Made by a program: the position numbers and the translations under genes. A stretch of DNA of 54,053 nt from a virus. Taxonomy: Duplodnaviria; Caudoviricetes. The stretch lies in the IMG/VR virus record IMGVR_UViG_3300037961_003327, positions 1 to 54,053 of that record, one strand, 5' to 3'. This document shows positions 37,017 to 47,982 of the stretch, one piece after another; position 1 is the first letter of the stretch; each line of letters starts with the position of its first letter. Under the pieces are notes generated by a model. That model did no database searches, was not told where the DNA came from, and saw only the letters and a program-made list of their open reading frames with translations.

Positions 37017-38018
37017 TTAAGCGTTTTGATTTAAACCCTTATCTAGCTTAGAAAAGGCGTATTCTGCGTTGATAGAGTGAAGCTCCAAGGGTTTCGAACT
37101 AGCAGATTCTAACCTAAGGTTTAGGTATGGACCCCTCATCTCATCACCGTTGATTTCAGCTGGAGAAACAGCAAAAAGGTTTGACGCTGTAGTAAGATAC
37201 TGCTCAAAAGCTTGGAGGTATAATGTAATAAAACTAGAATCACCTAAGAAATTTGACGGGATAGGCAAACTTAAAGTCATAACTCCATTACCAATAGAAA
37301 CAATGTTTATATCAAGCCCCAATAATGAATTCTCTAGCACTACAAAAGGAGGGGTAACAGCAGAAAAAGAAGAAAGTGTTTGCAACTGACCTGACAAATC
37401 GGGATCATCAAAAGAAGCCAAGAGAATTATTGAGTTGCCAAAAGGAGCCGAAGGAAAAGAGTTTACCTCTATGGCATTTAGATTTACATCGACTAACACG
37501 TTAGGACCAGCTTCTAAAAGTATTTCTTGCAAAACCTCTGAAAACAGTCCGTCTACAGAGGTAGCGCTAGGTACAGGAACTATGTTAGCACTAGAGTTCA
37601 GCCTAGATCTTGGGACCTCTAAATACTTAAACCCTTCTTTGTCCTCAAGGATTTTAGCGGTCAGCAAACTTTGCTGATTGTTTGAGTCGTCGTACTCTTC
37701 GTTAGTGCTAAATATGTATGACCAATTATTTCTGTTTGTCTCTAAGGAAACAGACTTGAATATTTTTACAGAAGACGGGTCATCATTAAAAGACAGCTCT
37801 ATACTAGACTTGTTTTTAACTCCATAGAAGTCATTTCTAGCTGAGTTCTTGTCATGCAGCCACGCTGTGCCTACGTTGTCTTTAAACGACAGCATTTCGT
37901 CACCAGAGGAAGCGTAACACGTCGGGACAAAGGAGTACCTAGTTGTCCAAGCGCTTTGTCTTTCTGAGTAAGCAAAAGTAGCTTCAAACCCGTTTGATGT
38001 TAAAGGTATATCTGCCAT
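37017..38018 (-). CDS. Tail nozzle/stabilisation protein, C-terminal part as a separate gene
   Basis: TFAYSE...WTTRYSFVP...N.FYG...FNDDPS.VK.F...KEG...GDEMRGPY motifs. Confidence 0.6.
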   Translation of the reverse strand: MADIPLTSNGFEATFAYSERQSAWTTRYSFVPTCYASSGDEMLSFKDNVGTAWLHDKNSARNDFYGVKNKSSIELSFNDDPSSVKIFKSVSLETNRNNWSYIFSTNEEYDDSNNQQSLLTAKILEDKEGFKYLEVPRSRLNSSANIVPVPSATSVDGLFSEVLQEILLEAGPNVLVDVNLNAIEVNSFPSAPFGNSIILLASFDDPDLSGQLQTLSSFSAVTPPFVVLENSLLGLDINIVSIGNGVMTLSLPIPSNFLGDSSFITLYLQAFEQYLTTASNLFAVSPAEINGDEMRGPYLNLRLESASSKPLELHSINAEYAFSKLDKGLNQNA

Positions 38019-38023
38019 GGATA

Positions 38024-41000
38024 TTACAGATTAAAAGCTGGGTCATTTAAACTGTACGAAGTGCCTTGCTCTTGCGTTCCAAATCCCCAAGTGCCTAACA
38101 TATTTAACAAATCTGCGGCGCTAACTTGATTGTCTTCGTTAGAATCAGCTTTTGCAGCTAACTTAACGTAGCTAGCAAGATAGAAATACTGCCCTACAGT
38201 CATAGTCCCATCGTCTATCAACCACAATATTGTTTCTAAAGAAGACGGTCCAGCAGGAATTCCTCCTTGGTCTGGAGTTGGCGTGCTAGCAAAGGCAGGT
38301 TCGTCAGGATCGGTTGTTACTCCGAATACTTGAAGCATTTGAATTAAATCAAAAGTATTTACTGGTCCCTGTTCGTTTAGGTTAAGACTAAAGTTGTCAT
38401 TGATTTGAGCTCTAAGCAGGTGGTACTCCCCTACTGTAAGTTCATTTTGAACAAACAAATAGTTTATGGCTCCATCAACACTTTTAAAGTAGTTTACCGT
38501 AGTTGGCTTTGGTTTACTTGGAGGTGGTGGGGTAGCTTTAGGTAGCGGAGGAGTGGATGTTGCTGGTATCAAACCAGAGAACATACCAGTGCCTTCAATG
38601 TACTCCTCTCCAAAATTTTCAGCGAACAGTAAAAAATCACCAACCGTATCAATCAGTTGGTTTCCATTTAAATCAAACCTAGCCATCTTTACGTTGGTTT
38701 GATTGTCCACTGCGCTCTCCATGAAGTTTCTTAAATCTAATAGCGTAGGCTCACCTGCGGTGCCTTGTAAGTCTTGTAGGTATTGGAATGCTAATTCTTT
38801 GCTCATGTCTTGGTCTGTTAAGTCAGTTCCATAAAAATCATTGTATGCTTGTGTAAACGGAGAAAGCGCTTCACCGTCAGAGTCATCTTCCGATCCGTCA
38901 TCACCATTACCTTCATCTTCTGATTCTTTAAACAAAACAGTTAGTGGTAAATCTACAATTGGTGTATCTGGGTCGTTGCTGTATATTTCTAAGAAGCTAT
39001 TTATTGGTCCATCTTCCTCTGGAATTACGATAGAAATCAATATTGTTTCTAATCCACTAGGCTGTATCACCATCGGATTGTCAGCGCTAACATTAGCGTT
39101 AGCAGAGACCAACTCAAAGTTTATGGCCTCACCATCGTTTATGTCAAAGTCGGTTATAATCAGATTGTCTGATCCAGTATTAGATACTATTACCTGTTTT
39201 GGAGTAACAGTGTCTGTAAGGGTTAGCACTCCGAAATCTAAAACATCCGAAGGGTTTATTACTATGTTTGGCTCAAGCTCTTCTACGGGAGTTACATCAT
39301 CTTCTTGCGTCTCTTGGACAACCTCTTGGACAAAGCTTGTGCTCCTTACGGGGATGTTTACAATGGACAACAAATACTCTTCTTTTAGAGTATCATAGCC
39401 TCCTACTACGCGGACATTATCACCTACTTCTATGGCTTTTTGTAAAGAAGCTCTAATCAAAGAAGACATACCCTTCTCAGATATTTCTTCAACACCAGAC
39501 TGCCTAGTAAATCTGTAAACTTTAGACAGAGACTTATTACAGAAGTAAACTTGCTGACCTGAATCATAAACAGAAGAAGGATCATCATCACATCCTGAAA
39601 CACCAGGGTATGCTATAACTTCTCCAAGCACATTTAGTGAAGCTATAATCTGTTGATTGCCTGAAGCATCCGACAGCACGTTTTTGTTTACAGGAACGAT
39701 ACTGACTTTTTCTTTCTGAATGACTACTATGTAATCGTTGTGGTTGGCTATGTACTCTATATCTCCGTAACGATCTGATAAGTCTTTGAAGTTTGCTAGA
39801 GAAGAGTTAAAAGAAGAATACCTGATTCTAAATGATTCAGGGTTACTAGGGTCTGAGTAAGTTATAGTAGCCTCCCTTTTAGTCTCTGCTGCATCTTCGA
39901 ATATGACATTTGGTCTACCTCTAGAAAAAGAATCTGATTTAAATAAATCTGTAGCGGACTGCGTTTCTAAGAATACATTCTTAAAGTTGGGCTGGGGTGC
40001 AGGATCTGCGCCGTCATCGTCGGGTATGATGTCTACATACTCTCCGTTTTCAAACTCTCTAATATTTGTAGCGACTGGTCTGAACCAGACATCGCCATTT
40101 TTTACTACAACAGGATTTACATCATGAACCAAATTGCCAAAGTTGTTTTTTACAACTTTATAGTGATCACTTATTTCATAGTAAATCTGATCTTCTACGT
40201 CTATAGACTTCTTTGGAGTGCGTATCTCTACAATACAGTTCTTTCCCCAGTTATGGAAGTCTGACAATACATCAGCATGGCTAAATCCAAAAGCTTCTGG
40301 ATTATCTTTTATCACTAGAAACTCTCCTTGTTGATTTTGCTCAGGGTTATTGGATAATGGATTTTCTGCATCACCCAAAATGACTAAATCAACCACATCA
40401 AACTCATAATCTTTATAGTTGATTCCCGTCCCATCAAAGTAAGATATCACCCTTAGTTTATCACCCTCCTCAAATTTGTAAAGATTCAAACCACCCTCTT
40501 GAGTTCTTGCTCCAAAAGCGTTGACATAAGAAACTGGGTGTCCTTGCAAATAATTTAACGAAACGTATATGTTTTTGTTAAAGTCAGAGGTTTCAAAATC
40601 ATCTGGGTCTCCACCAACAAAAGCGCCACCTGCACTGTACTGAACGAAGTCTTGAACTGTGCTGTTTTCTCCGTAAACTATTTTGTAGCTATGAGCCCAA
40701 TCAGGAGGCGTACCAGTAAGCTGTAAAGATACTTCTACTGCACCTTTACCATCATTGCCCAACCCTCTTTCTTCATTTGTATATCCCTCAACAAAGGCAG
40801 TAGTTAAGTAGTCCACAAATCCGTGCCTGCCTCTTTCGTCATAGTAAACAATACCGAAATCGTGGCTTGCCTCTGTTTTGAAAGACTCTACACCACCAAA
40901 ATCATAAGAAGAGCTGGCAAAATTTACAGTTTTCTTTAGCTCTACTACAGATTGTTGTTTTGAAAAATCTACGCTGTCAAATGTTAAAGATGTACCGTCT

Positions 41001-43990
41001 ACTTCGGCCTCTGGCAGCTGATGGATATAATCATTACTGTTATCGTCATCAAAGATTCTTTTCAAGAACGGGAGAGTTGTTCCATAAACAGGTGAACTCA
41101 AGAGGCTAGCCCCATCTAAATCTAATCCAGGAGGGCCAGTGGGAGGAGTAACAATTTGTATTTGACCAGTTGGTCTTAGTCTTCCACCATAAAAAACAGT
41201 GTTTTCGTATTTATACTCTTCAACGAATGGAAGTAAATAATTTGGATTATCAGGATCAGTAGCAGCAAGAGCTAATTTCTCATAAGGGTTCACAGTAACG
41301 GAACCCTGAGCATACATCTTTAAACGATCATAGTCATTTTCGCTATCAAAAGACCTAGCGGGGCCACCTCCTGGGCCTCCCTCTCCGTCCGCAATAATCC
41401 CTACAGAATTAACAATTAAATCAGCACCTAAATCAAGTCCCTGCGAAAGAACATTTGAAAAAGCAAAGTTCGAATCAACCGCATTAAAGCCGTTTGCAGG
41501 AGCGGCATAGCTGTGGAAAATGTATTGAGGCCCATCAATAGGAAACACAGTGCCTCCTGTATAGTCTGTTTGATTGCCACTACTTAAAAGATATCCAATT
41601 TGATGTCCATACCCGTTAGTGACTATAGATTGTGAGTTATCTCCATAAGGATTATTAGCAAACCCATGAATTTGATCAGAGCCTATTCCTACAGAATCTA
41701 ACCAAGAATCCATGTTGAGTCCAAATTCTATTACATCTTCCTCAGATATAACAATCCAACTTAAAGCAGCAGCAGTTTGAGTGTCAGGAGCCGTATCATG
41801 CAAACAAGTCAAAGGCTCTACATCACTAAAATCAACCAAATGCAACATAAAGTGCGATGAAGTTGATGAATTATAATTAAAGTAAGAGTCTCCAGAAAAA
41901 AACCCATCACCACTTCCAGAGTAAGCATCTGTGAGTGCCTGGGAGTTTTCTGAAAGCATCCACGTAGCCTTGCCTTTATTAAAAATAAAGTAACCAACAG
42001 GCACTCCGCTGTCTTGGCTTGTAGACGATCCTACATTATGTCCATAAACAGCGTTAATTAATTTATTTCTACTGTCAGGATTGTTTAAATCTTCTTTACC
42101 CACGTAGGGTTGTGATATTAAATCACCACTAGACAATCCCAAATCAAAAGAATAAGAAGGCGTGCAGTTATTTTCTAATATTGTTATGCCAAATTCTGGT
42201 ATTTCAAAAGGCTCAACAGTTGTGTTGAAAGTAGAAGAAGGTATGTTCTTGTTTATAAAGGCTTCTCTAACAGCTAAATTTAACGCTGATTGAGCATTAG
42301 ACAAATCCTGAGTTATTTCCAATCTAGTAGAAAAGGTAATTGATTTGCCTTTAATAATAATCGGATGAGCAGCAGAGGTACCAAGAATAGCTGTCTGTTG
42401 CTCTTCCAGCGCAACACCTTCAATGCTACTAGGACCTGTATACTTCCAATAATTAGCGAGGAGATAATTGTAGTTATTCGGCGTAGGGTTAGCACCAGGA
42501 GGGTCGCCAAATATCTCACCATCATTAAAAGCGCTCACTCCTGTTTCTGACGGATCAAGTGCATTTCCTTGGTTAGCATTAACACCGCTAAATAAACCTT
42601 GGTCGTTAGAGGATACTGGTTGCGGGCCTACCTGCCGAGTTTGACTAACCCCTCCTTCTTTGCTTTTAAAGAAGTGAAAGTTTGTGTCAGGAGTCAGAGT
42701 GACAGAAACATTTACGATTGTATCCGCTGGAAGAGAGTCAGGCATCTCTTGAAAATCCATAAAGAATGACACGCCCTGCCCAAACTTTGGGCTAAAAATA
42801 GAAGGCACAACATTTATTGTGTATGAAACAAAGTCCTCTGGTCTATTCTTATAGATAACAGTAGCTATAGCTGTAGTAGTAGACTTGTTAAAACCGTCTA
42901 CATAGTTTCCGTACATCAGCCTGTTTGAAGAAACTGTTTGAGCTACAGCGCTACGCGGAATAGAATCAAACTGCTTGTTTACTTCGTTTGTACTTACACC
43001 CTTAAGTATTCTGTCGTTAAAGAAATTGTACGATGTGACTCCTGCCTCTAGTTCGTCTATAATTAAAAAGCTACCGTCGTTTCCCTCTCTACAAAGCAAT
43101 CTTACCTTTTCTATCTCTGGACCTTGAGCAGGTATAGTAAGAACGCACTTGTTGAAATCTGAATGGTTTACGTATGTCTGCGACCCCTGATCTAAGATGC
43201 TAGGTGGGAAAGCCACGTTAGAATAAGATGAGATAGCGCTTTCTGCTCCGTCTTTATAAATAGTTTGGTATGCAAACTGAAACCCTCTAGTTCTCTCAAA
43301 GTTACTAGTAGAGCGGTCTGGTTCATTCTGAAAAACAAACTCGATAGGGACGAGCGGTGTTTTAGGACATGCTGTTATAAAGTCAGCCTCTGCATAAATA
43401 TCCGAACCGTTAATCTGTTGGCCTTCCGATTCTACAAAGGCTCTATATGCATTTATCTTTCTCGGTTCATTTACACCATCAGTGAAGTATAGGATTACAT
43501 CCTTGTCTAAATCTTCATCCTCAAAGCTTCTAGATGCATTGCTGTATACGATATCGCCCTTGACAAATCCATTTTGCGGGAAATTAAACTGAGCACTTCG
43601 GTAGATAAGTCTCAACACAGGGTTGCCTGTGCTTTCACCTCCAAACGCAGTTGATAGGATATCTTTTTTATCGTAAGCCCAAACACCATGTTTGTCGGCA
43701 TTTACGCTGTAGACAAAGAGATAAGTAATGTCAGTCCTTACATCCTCAACCGATCCTAAAACCCTAGCGTCTGACGGAAGACTTTCTTCAGGATATGCAT
43801 CTACAGCTACGTTGCCGCGTATGTTTTTTAAGACGTCTTTGCCTGCGTCTAGCTTCTTGCCAGTAGCGTCGAAACCTTCGTTGTCAGGACCTGAATAAAG
43901 ATTTAAGGCATCCGACATGGACACCTTATTTACGGTCTTATTGTCAGCATCTGAGTTTAAGACCCTAGGTATTCTTTTATCTATAGCCAT
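38024..43990 (-). CDS. Tail nozzle/stabilisation protein (P22 gp10/crAss muzzle-like) with C-terminal Ig-like and dockerin-like domains
   Basis: LYFTDGVNEPRKIN, FQFAY, NRLMYGNYVDG, FGIVYYDERGR, WAHSYK, GGYD motifs; follows two ring proteins. Confidence 0.75.
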   Translation of the reverse strand: MAIDKRIPRVLNSDADNKTVNKVSMSDALNLYSGPDNEGFDATGKKLDAGKDVLKNIRGNVAVDAYPEESLPSDARVLGSVEDVRTDITYLFVYSVNADKHGVWAYDKKDILSTAFGGESTGNPVLRLIYRSAQFNFPQNGFVKGDIVYSNASRSFEDEDLDKDVILYFTDGVNEPRKINAYRAFVESEGQQINGSDIYAEADFITACPKTPLVPIEFVFQNEPDRSTSNFERTRGFQFAYQTIYKDGAESAISSYSNVAFPPSILDQGSQTYVNHSDFNKCVLTIPAQGPEIEKVRLLCREGNDGSFLIIDELEAGVTSYNFFNDRILKGVSTNEVNKQFDSIPRSAVAQTVSSNRLMYGNYVDGFNKSTTTAIATVIYKNRPEDFVSYTINVVPSIFSPKFGQGVSFFMDFQEMPDSLPADTIVNVSVTLTPDTNFHFFKSKEGGVSQTRQVGPQPVSSNDQGLFSGVNANQGNALDPSETGVSAFNDGEIFGDPPGANPTPNNYNYLLANYWKYTGPSSIEGVALEEQQTAILGTSAAHPIIIKGKSITFSTRLEITQDLSNAQSALNLAVREAFINKNIPSSTFNTTVEPFEIPEFGITILENNCTPSYSFDLGLSSGDLISQPYVGKEDLNNPDSRNKLINAVYGHNVGSSTSQDSGVPVGYFIFNKGKATWMLSENSQALTDAYSGSGDGFFSGDSYFNYNSSTSSHFMLHLVDFSDVEPLTCLHDTAPDTQTAAALSWIVISEEDVIEFGLNMDSWLDSVGIGSDQIHGFANNPYGDNSQSIVTNGYGHQIGYLLSSGNQTDYTGGTVFPIDGPQYIFHSYAAPANGFNAVDSNFAFSNVLSQGLDLGADLIVNSVGIIADGEGGPGGGPARSFDSENDYDRLKMYAQGSVTVNPYEKLALAATDPDNPNYLLPFVEEYKYENTVFYGGRLRPTGQIQIVTPPTGPPGLDLDGASLLSSPVYGTTLPFLKRIFDDDNSNDYIHQLPEAEVDGTSLTFDSVDFSKQQSVVELKKTVNFASSSYDFGGVESFKTEASHDFGIVYYDERGRHGFVDYLTTAFVEGYTNEERGLGNDGKGAVEVSLQLTGTPPDWAHSYKIVYGENSTVQDFVQYSAGGAFVGGDPDDFETSDFNKNIYVSLNYLQGHPVSYVNAFGARTQEGGLNLYKFEEGDKLRVISYFDGTGINYKDYEFDVVDLVILGDAENPLSNNPEQNQQGEFLVIKDNPEAFGFSHADVLSDFHNWGKNCIVEIRTPKKSIDVEDQIYYEISDHYKVVKNNFGNLVHDVNPVVVKNGDVWFRPVATNIREFENGEYVDIIPDDDGADPAPQPNFKNVFLETQSATDLFKSDSFSRGRPNVIFEDAAETKREATITYSDPSNPESFRIRYSSFNSSLANFKDLSDRYGDIEYIANHNDYIVVIQKEKVSIVPVNKNVLSDASGNQQIIASLNVLGEVIAYPGVSGCDDDPSSVYDSGQQVYFCNKSLSKVYRFTRQSGVEEISEKGMSSLIRASLQKAIEVGDNVRVVGGYDTLKEEYLLSIVNIPVRSTSFVQEVVQETQEDDVTPVEELEPNIVINPSDVLDFGVLTLTDTVTPKQVIVSNTGSDNLIITDFDINDGEAINFELVSANANVSADNPMVIQPSGLETILISIVIPEEDGPINSFLEIYSNDPDTPIVDLPLTVLFKESEDEGNGDDGSEDDSDGEALSPFTQAYNDFYGTDLTDQDMSKELAFQYLQDLQGTAGEPTLLDLRNFMESAVDNQTNVKMARFDLNGNQLIDTVGDFLLFAENFGEEYIEGTGMFSGLIPATSTPPLPKATPPPPSKPKPTTVNYFKSVDGAINYLFVQNELTVGEYHLLRAQINDNFSLNLNEQGPVNTFDLIQMLQVFGVTTDPDEPAFASTPTPDQGGIPAGPSSLETILWLIDDGTMTVGQYFYLASYVKLAAKADSNEDNQVSAADLLNMLGTWGFGTQEQGTSYSLNDPAFNL

Positions 43991-44817
43991 CAGTACTTAG
44001 GCGCTTGCATAAAGTTCTTTCGAATAGTCTTTAAGGCTTCATCTTTTGTGAAGTTGCTGAGTCGTGCGTTCGCCTTTCTTCTTTCGTTGTAAAACTCAGC
44101 TCTCGCTCTTTTCTTCTCTTTATCTGGCACAGACGATTTACGCTCAATAATTTTGTAGTACATATAGCAGCGTAACGCTTCTTCAGCATACACATGTACT
44201 TCAGGGTCAGTTGACCTAGCCTCATCTGCAATGTACTCAATCACTACATCGCCAAACCCATCGTTGGTTTCAATCTCTATCCTATTCTGGTCTAAGTTTA
44301 GTCTGTACTCTCCCGCTAAGTGCCCCCCTCCAGCACCGTACAGCCTACCTGCACCGCCTTGGTATATGTAGTTTTCAAAGACGTACTGACCAAAATCGTT
44401 ATCAGAACCAGAGCTATTATCTGTAGCGGTCTTATCGTCTTCTCTATTATCAATAAAGTTATCTTCAATGTTTAGTGGATCACTAGCACTATCCGTAGCA
44501 ACATTGGGACTGCTTATCTTTCTAGAGTAGTTTATGTTCTTGTTTTGCGCAAAAACTCTAACTATACCGTCAGAGTCGATGATGCCAATCTTAATCAAAT
44601 CAACAAAGTCCTGCGGAAGAATTATGGTATTGTTTGACTGTATAGTCCGCTTCAGTGATTTCACCTTTTGACCAAGATCAAATCCAATCTCACGTATACC
44701 TCTTAACGCAAAATTTCTTATAGCTGTGTCAGAAGCATTGCTAGCATAGTCGTCCCCGTCCAAAGTGATAATGAAATCCCTTATGATTTCACTGAGTTTT
44801 ACCTTATTAAATGCCAT
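43990..44817 (-). CDS. Tail tubular/ring (adaptor) protein
   Basis: ILPQDFVDLIKIG, VIEYIADE motifs; position before the nozzle. Confidence 0.65.
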   Translation of the reverse strand: MAFNKVKLSEIIRDFIITLDGDDYASNASDTAIRNFALRGIREIGFDLGQKVKSLKRTIQSNNTIILPQDFVDLIKIGIIDSDGIVRVFAQNKNINYSRKISSPNVATDSASDPLNIEDNFIDNREDDKTATDNSSGSDNDFGQYVFENYIYQGGAGRLYGAGGGHLAGEYRLNLDQNRIEIETNDGFGDVVIEYIADEARSTDPEVHVYAEEALRCYMYYKIIERKSSVPDKEKKRARAEFYNERRKANARLSNFTKDEALKTIRKNFMQAPKY

Positions 44818-45587
44818 TATTCAGATGCTTCTTCTCGTGATGCAAACACAGATACCTGCGTTTCTCTTAACCTAATTCCAATCAACTTAGCCAGCTCCAT
44901 CACCACCTCTGTCAAATAGTGAGGAGGTAACATAAAGTTTCTAGAGCCTTGAGCATTAAATACTTCTAAAGATTCGCCGTTGTAACTTGCTGTCCTGAAG
45001 TCATAGTATGGTGCGTCAGGCAAGACGTTTCCTTCGCTATCAAACGAAGTGGGTTTAGCGTAGTAATTTAAGTAAACAACGGGTATTGTAGGCGGAAATA
45101 TTTCTATGTCTACAGCAGAAACTAACGCTACTGGAAAGCTCTCTGTGGGGTAAGAAAGATTACTACCTACTATTCTGTCAATCTTCTCAGGATCGTACAC
45201 TAGCTCACAGTTAACTAAATCTTGATTGGCGTTTGTAGCGCCTTGAGGGTCGAACAAAGAACCTGCGTATATGGATACTATCTTGGATAAATCAGACGGT
45301 TTTTCTAGCAGGCCGTTGTTGTATTCTAAATCCAACAAAGCAGCTTTTCTTCTCAAGTAAAAGGCTAAGTCCTCTTGCTTTTGCTTTCTTACAGACTTAT
45401 CTCTACCAGGCTCAAAATTCTGTCGGCTCAAGCGTTTAGCCGTCACAAGCTCAGCAAACATTTCATTGTAGATATTCATCTGAGCCAGTGCTGCAAATGA
45501 ATTGAATACTTGAGGCGTAATGAAACCTTTTTGCTCTTTATTAGCGAGGTCCCTTAGAGCTGTATATACTTGTAATACGCTTACCAT
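44817..45587 (-). CDS. Tail tubular/ring (adaptor) protein
   Basis: NKEQKGFITPQVFN...AQ, YYAKP, FMLP...LIGIRLRE. Confidence 0.65.
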   Translation of the reverse strand: MVSVLQVYTALRDLANKEQKGFITPQVFNSFAALAQMNIYNEMFAELVTAKRLSRQNFEPGRDKSVRKQKQEDLAFYLRRKAALLDLEYNNGLLEKPSDLSKIVSIYAGSLFDPQGATNANQDLVNCELVYDPEKIDRIVGSNLSYPTESFPVALVSAVDIEIFPPTIPVVYLNYYAKPTSFDSEGNVLPDAPYYDFRTASYNGESLEVFNAQGSRNFMLPPHYLTEVVMELAKLIGIRLRETQVSVFASREEASE

Positions 45588-45620
45588 AATACAAATATAC
45601 TAAAAACAAATAGGGTGTAA

Positions 45621-47021
45621 TTAGTAGCTAATTCTTGCAGAGGTAGCTACCCTCGTGGTAGATTTAGTTGATGTACCTGTAAGCTTGCTTCTCTTTCCAC
45701 CATACAAAGAGTATAGCTGAGCGGCTAAGTTTGCAGCTTCACTAGCTCCGATGTCAGAATTTATAACTCCAAACCTGTAAAGCTGCACCCGCTGTGTGCT
45801 TTGAGCACCTCCAACCTCTCCTATAGAGCCCAAAACTAAATCACCATCTGTTCTAAAGTCAGAACTATTAGTAAGGTTAGGATCTAGCTCAAGGGTTTTT
45901 GCGGGCAGCTTACCAACGATGTCGCCGTTTCTATTGTGAAGAAACATATTACCAAGTATGTCTCTACGAATAATAAAGACATGATTTGCATCATACCCTT
46001 TAGCGTCTGGGTCGGGATCGGGGAATGCAAAAGACTTAGTTCCATCCTCAGTGGATGTGGTGTCTACAAAAGCTGGATAGCCAGTCAGAATAGTAGAGCT
46101 AGCAACAGCAGCAGAATCTGTTTTAGTGTGCCTTACAGCAAATATATTTTTGCTTTGACGCATAGTGTTGCTTCCATCAAACTTGCCGTTATCAGAAGGG
46201 ACGGCCCCAAAACCAAAGCCACCGCCACCAACATCACCATACAAAGCTCCAATGCCATACGTAGCGCTGCCAGCAAGACCGTTTAAATTTACAGCTACAT
46301 AGATGGTGTAATCCTGCTTTATCTCAAAAACATTGTCTAGATTAAAAGCATTAGTGCTTCCAATATTAACAGCTGGCTTAATTAATGTTTCGTCACCACC
46401 GCTTGCGAGTTGAGTCCTAGTGCTGCCCGACTGCTGAGAAAGATTGTGATCTACACCTGCTGTGCCTGAGTTCTTCCAAGAAGTATTAGCTGTGTTGTGA
46501 GTTTGAACCAAGTTTTCATGATTGTAATCAATCACGGGAAGCTCGTTAAAGAAAATCTCAGCTATTGTATTCTGAAACTCTCTTTCTTGCCTTCCAACAG
46601 AAGGCCGCTTGTTTATCGTCTTTACAGGGGCAGAAGAAATCGCAGGCAAGACATCATTAACGTCTTCAACAACGGCTTCTCTAAATGTAGATTCACTAGA
46701 CACTACATCAAACTTCATGATGTTTTTAGGAGTGTTCCTAGACATAAAGTTTATAATGCTTTCTATTAGGCTTGCTTCTTCACCCTGATTGCAAGAGACA
46801 GTTATAGTTGTTTTGAGCAATGACTCTCCCTCTTCTAAGGCAGCCTCATCAAAACCGTTGCAGTCCTTGAAGGTAAACCTCACCCTTCCGAGTTCCGAAG
46901 TAATGAACGTCAGATTTTCAGACGGTATTGCTATGGTGCTTATACCAACACCAGTATCTGAAAATGAAGCACTAGTTGGAGACTCTATCTCTCTACGGAA
47001 AAAGAAGAACTTTCTGTCCAT
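45621..47021 (-). CDS. Virion structural protein with LamG/concanavalin-like C-terminal domain
   Basis: N-terminus resembles 47983-48357; SWKNSG, YTIYVAV and HVFIIRRD beta-sandwich motifs. Confidence 0.55.
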   Translation of the reverse strand: MDRKFFFFRREIESPTSASFSDTGVGISTIAIPSENLTFITSELGRVRFTFKDCNGFDEAALEEGESLLKTTITVSCNQGEEASLIESIINFMSRNTPKNIMKFDVVSSESTFREAVVEDVNDVLPAISSAPVKTINKRPSVGRQEREFQNTIAEIFFNELPVIDYNHENLVQTHNTANTSWKNSGTAGVDHNLSQQSGSTRTQLASGGDETLIKPAVNIGSTNAFNLDNVFEIKQDYTIYVAVNLNGLAGSATYGIGALYGDVGGGGFGFGAVPSDNGKFDGSNTMRQSKNIFAVRHTKTDSAAVASSTILTGYPAFVDTTSTEDGTKSFAFPDPDPDAKGYDANHVFIIRRDILGNMFLHNRNGDIVGKLPAKTLELDPNLTNSSDFRTDGDLVLGSIGEVGGAQSTQRVQLYRFGVINSDIGASEAANLAAQLYSLYGGKRSKLTGTSTKSTTRVATSARISY

Positions 47022-47039
47022 GAAACAAATATACGAAAC

Positions 47040-47066
47040 AAAAAAGCCACCCGAAGGTGGCCTTTC
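47040..47066 (-). terminator. Intrinsic terminator
   Basis: Minus strand GCCACC-TTCG-GGTGGC followed by a T run. Confidence 0.85.
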
Positions 47067-47067
47067 T

Positions 47068-47901
47068 TTATGCTAGCTTGTCTAGCCTTTCCTCTAGAGC
47101 AGAAAGCACCGAAGCTCCTTTCTCTGTTAGACAGAATCTAACCATCACGTCTACGGGGTCTTGACCCACAGGGACAGAGACAATTAGGCTGTTGGAATCA
47201 AACCAATATACCCCGTTAGATTTTACATTAATGATTTGATAATTCTTTGATTGAACTACCAAGGATCGTGCTTGCACGTGCGGAGAATCAAAGGCTTGAA
47301 TAAATTCTTGCGGTTTTGTTTTAGCAATACGCAACAGGTTGTATCTAATCTCTGATACAGGGGTATTGATGTTGATGTTAAAGTACATCGCTATTGGCAA
47401 GAGGTCGTTGATATCTTTATCTCTTACAAGCGCCACTGCATCTGTAGTTAAGAACTCTTTTTGCAGCTCCATTTCAGCGTCTTTCTTTTTGTTCACCTCT
47501 CTAAAAACTGTTCCTCCATTAGCTTTATTTTGTGGGTGAAGCTCTAAAAACTTACGAAGGTTAGGTTTTTCTTTAGGAACAAATATTCTCCCCTCTCTAA
47601 AGGCTACAGATTCGCGCTTAGCGTTTTCAGACTGTTGATCTCTAAATATAGATTGTTCGTTAGGACAGTATCTAATTTCCCTAACAGAGTCAGAATCACT
47701 ATCGTAGATAGTCACGCCTTTTTGTGGTAGCATGTAAACTATTCCTCCACCTTTGATAATCTCGTATTCTTTGTGCTGAAGCACTTGCTCTTTTCTCTTG
47801 ATAGAGCGCTTCTTTTTTGCAGGGGTAGCAGGTGCTACTGCCTGTGCGGGTGCCTGGGCTTTTTTAGGTCTCCCAGGAGACTTCTTAGTTTGTGTAGTCA
47901 T
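47068..47901 (-). CDS. Conserved-looking late protein downstream of capsid genes
   Basis: Start MTTQTKK at 47901 lies after the promoter element; the track start lies in a terminator. REIRYCPNEQSIF motif. Confidence 0.7.
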   Translation of the reverse strand: MTTQTKKSPGRPKKAQAPAQAVAPATPAKKKRSIKRKEQVLQHKEYEIIKGGGIVYMLPQKGVTIYDSDSDSVREIRYCPNEQSIFRDQQSENAKRESVAFREGRIFVPKEKPNLRKFLELHPQNKANGGTVFREVNKKKDAEMELQKEFLTTDAVALVRDKDINDLLPIAMYFNININTPVSEIRYNLLRIAKTKPQEFIQAFDSPHVQARSLVVQSKNYQIINVKSNGVYWFDSNSLIVSVPVGQDPVDVMVRFCLTEKGASVLSALEERLDKLA

Positions 47902-47933
47902 ATTAAATTGAATTAGTAAGGCAAATATAACTA

Positions 47934-47963
47934 AAATAAAAAAGGGGACCGAAGCCCCCTTTC
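47934..47963 (-). terminator. Intrinsic terminator after the capsid operon
   Basis: Minus strand AAAGGGGGC-TTCG-GTCCCCTTT followed by TTTATTTT. Confidence 0.85.
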
Positions 47964-47982
47964 TCATAGTAGTTTTTAATTA

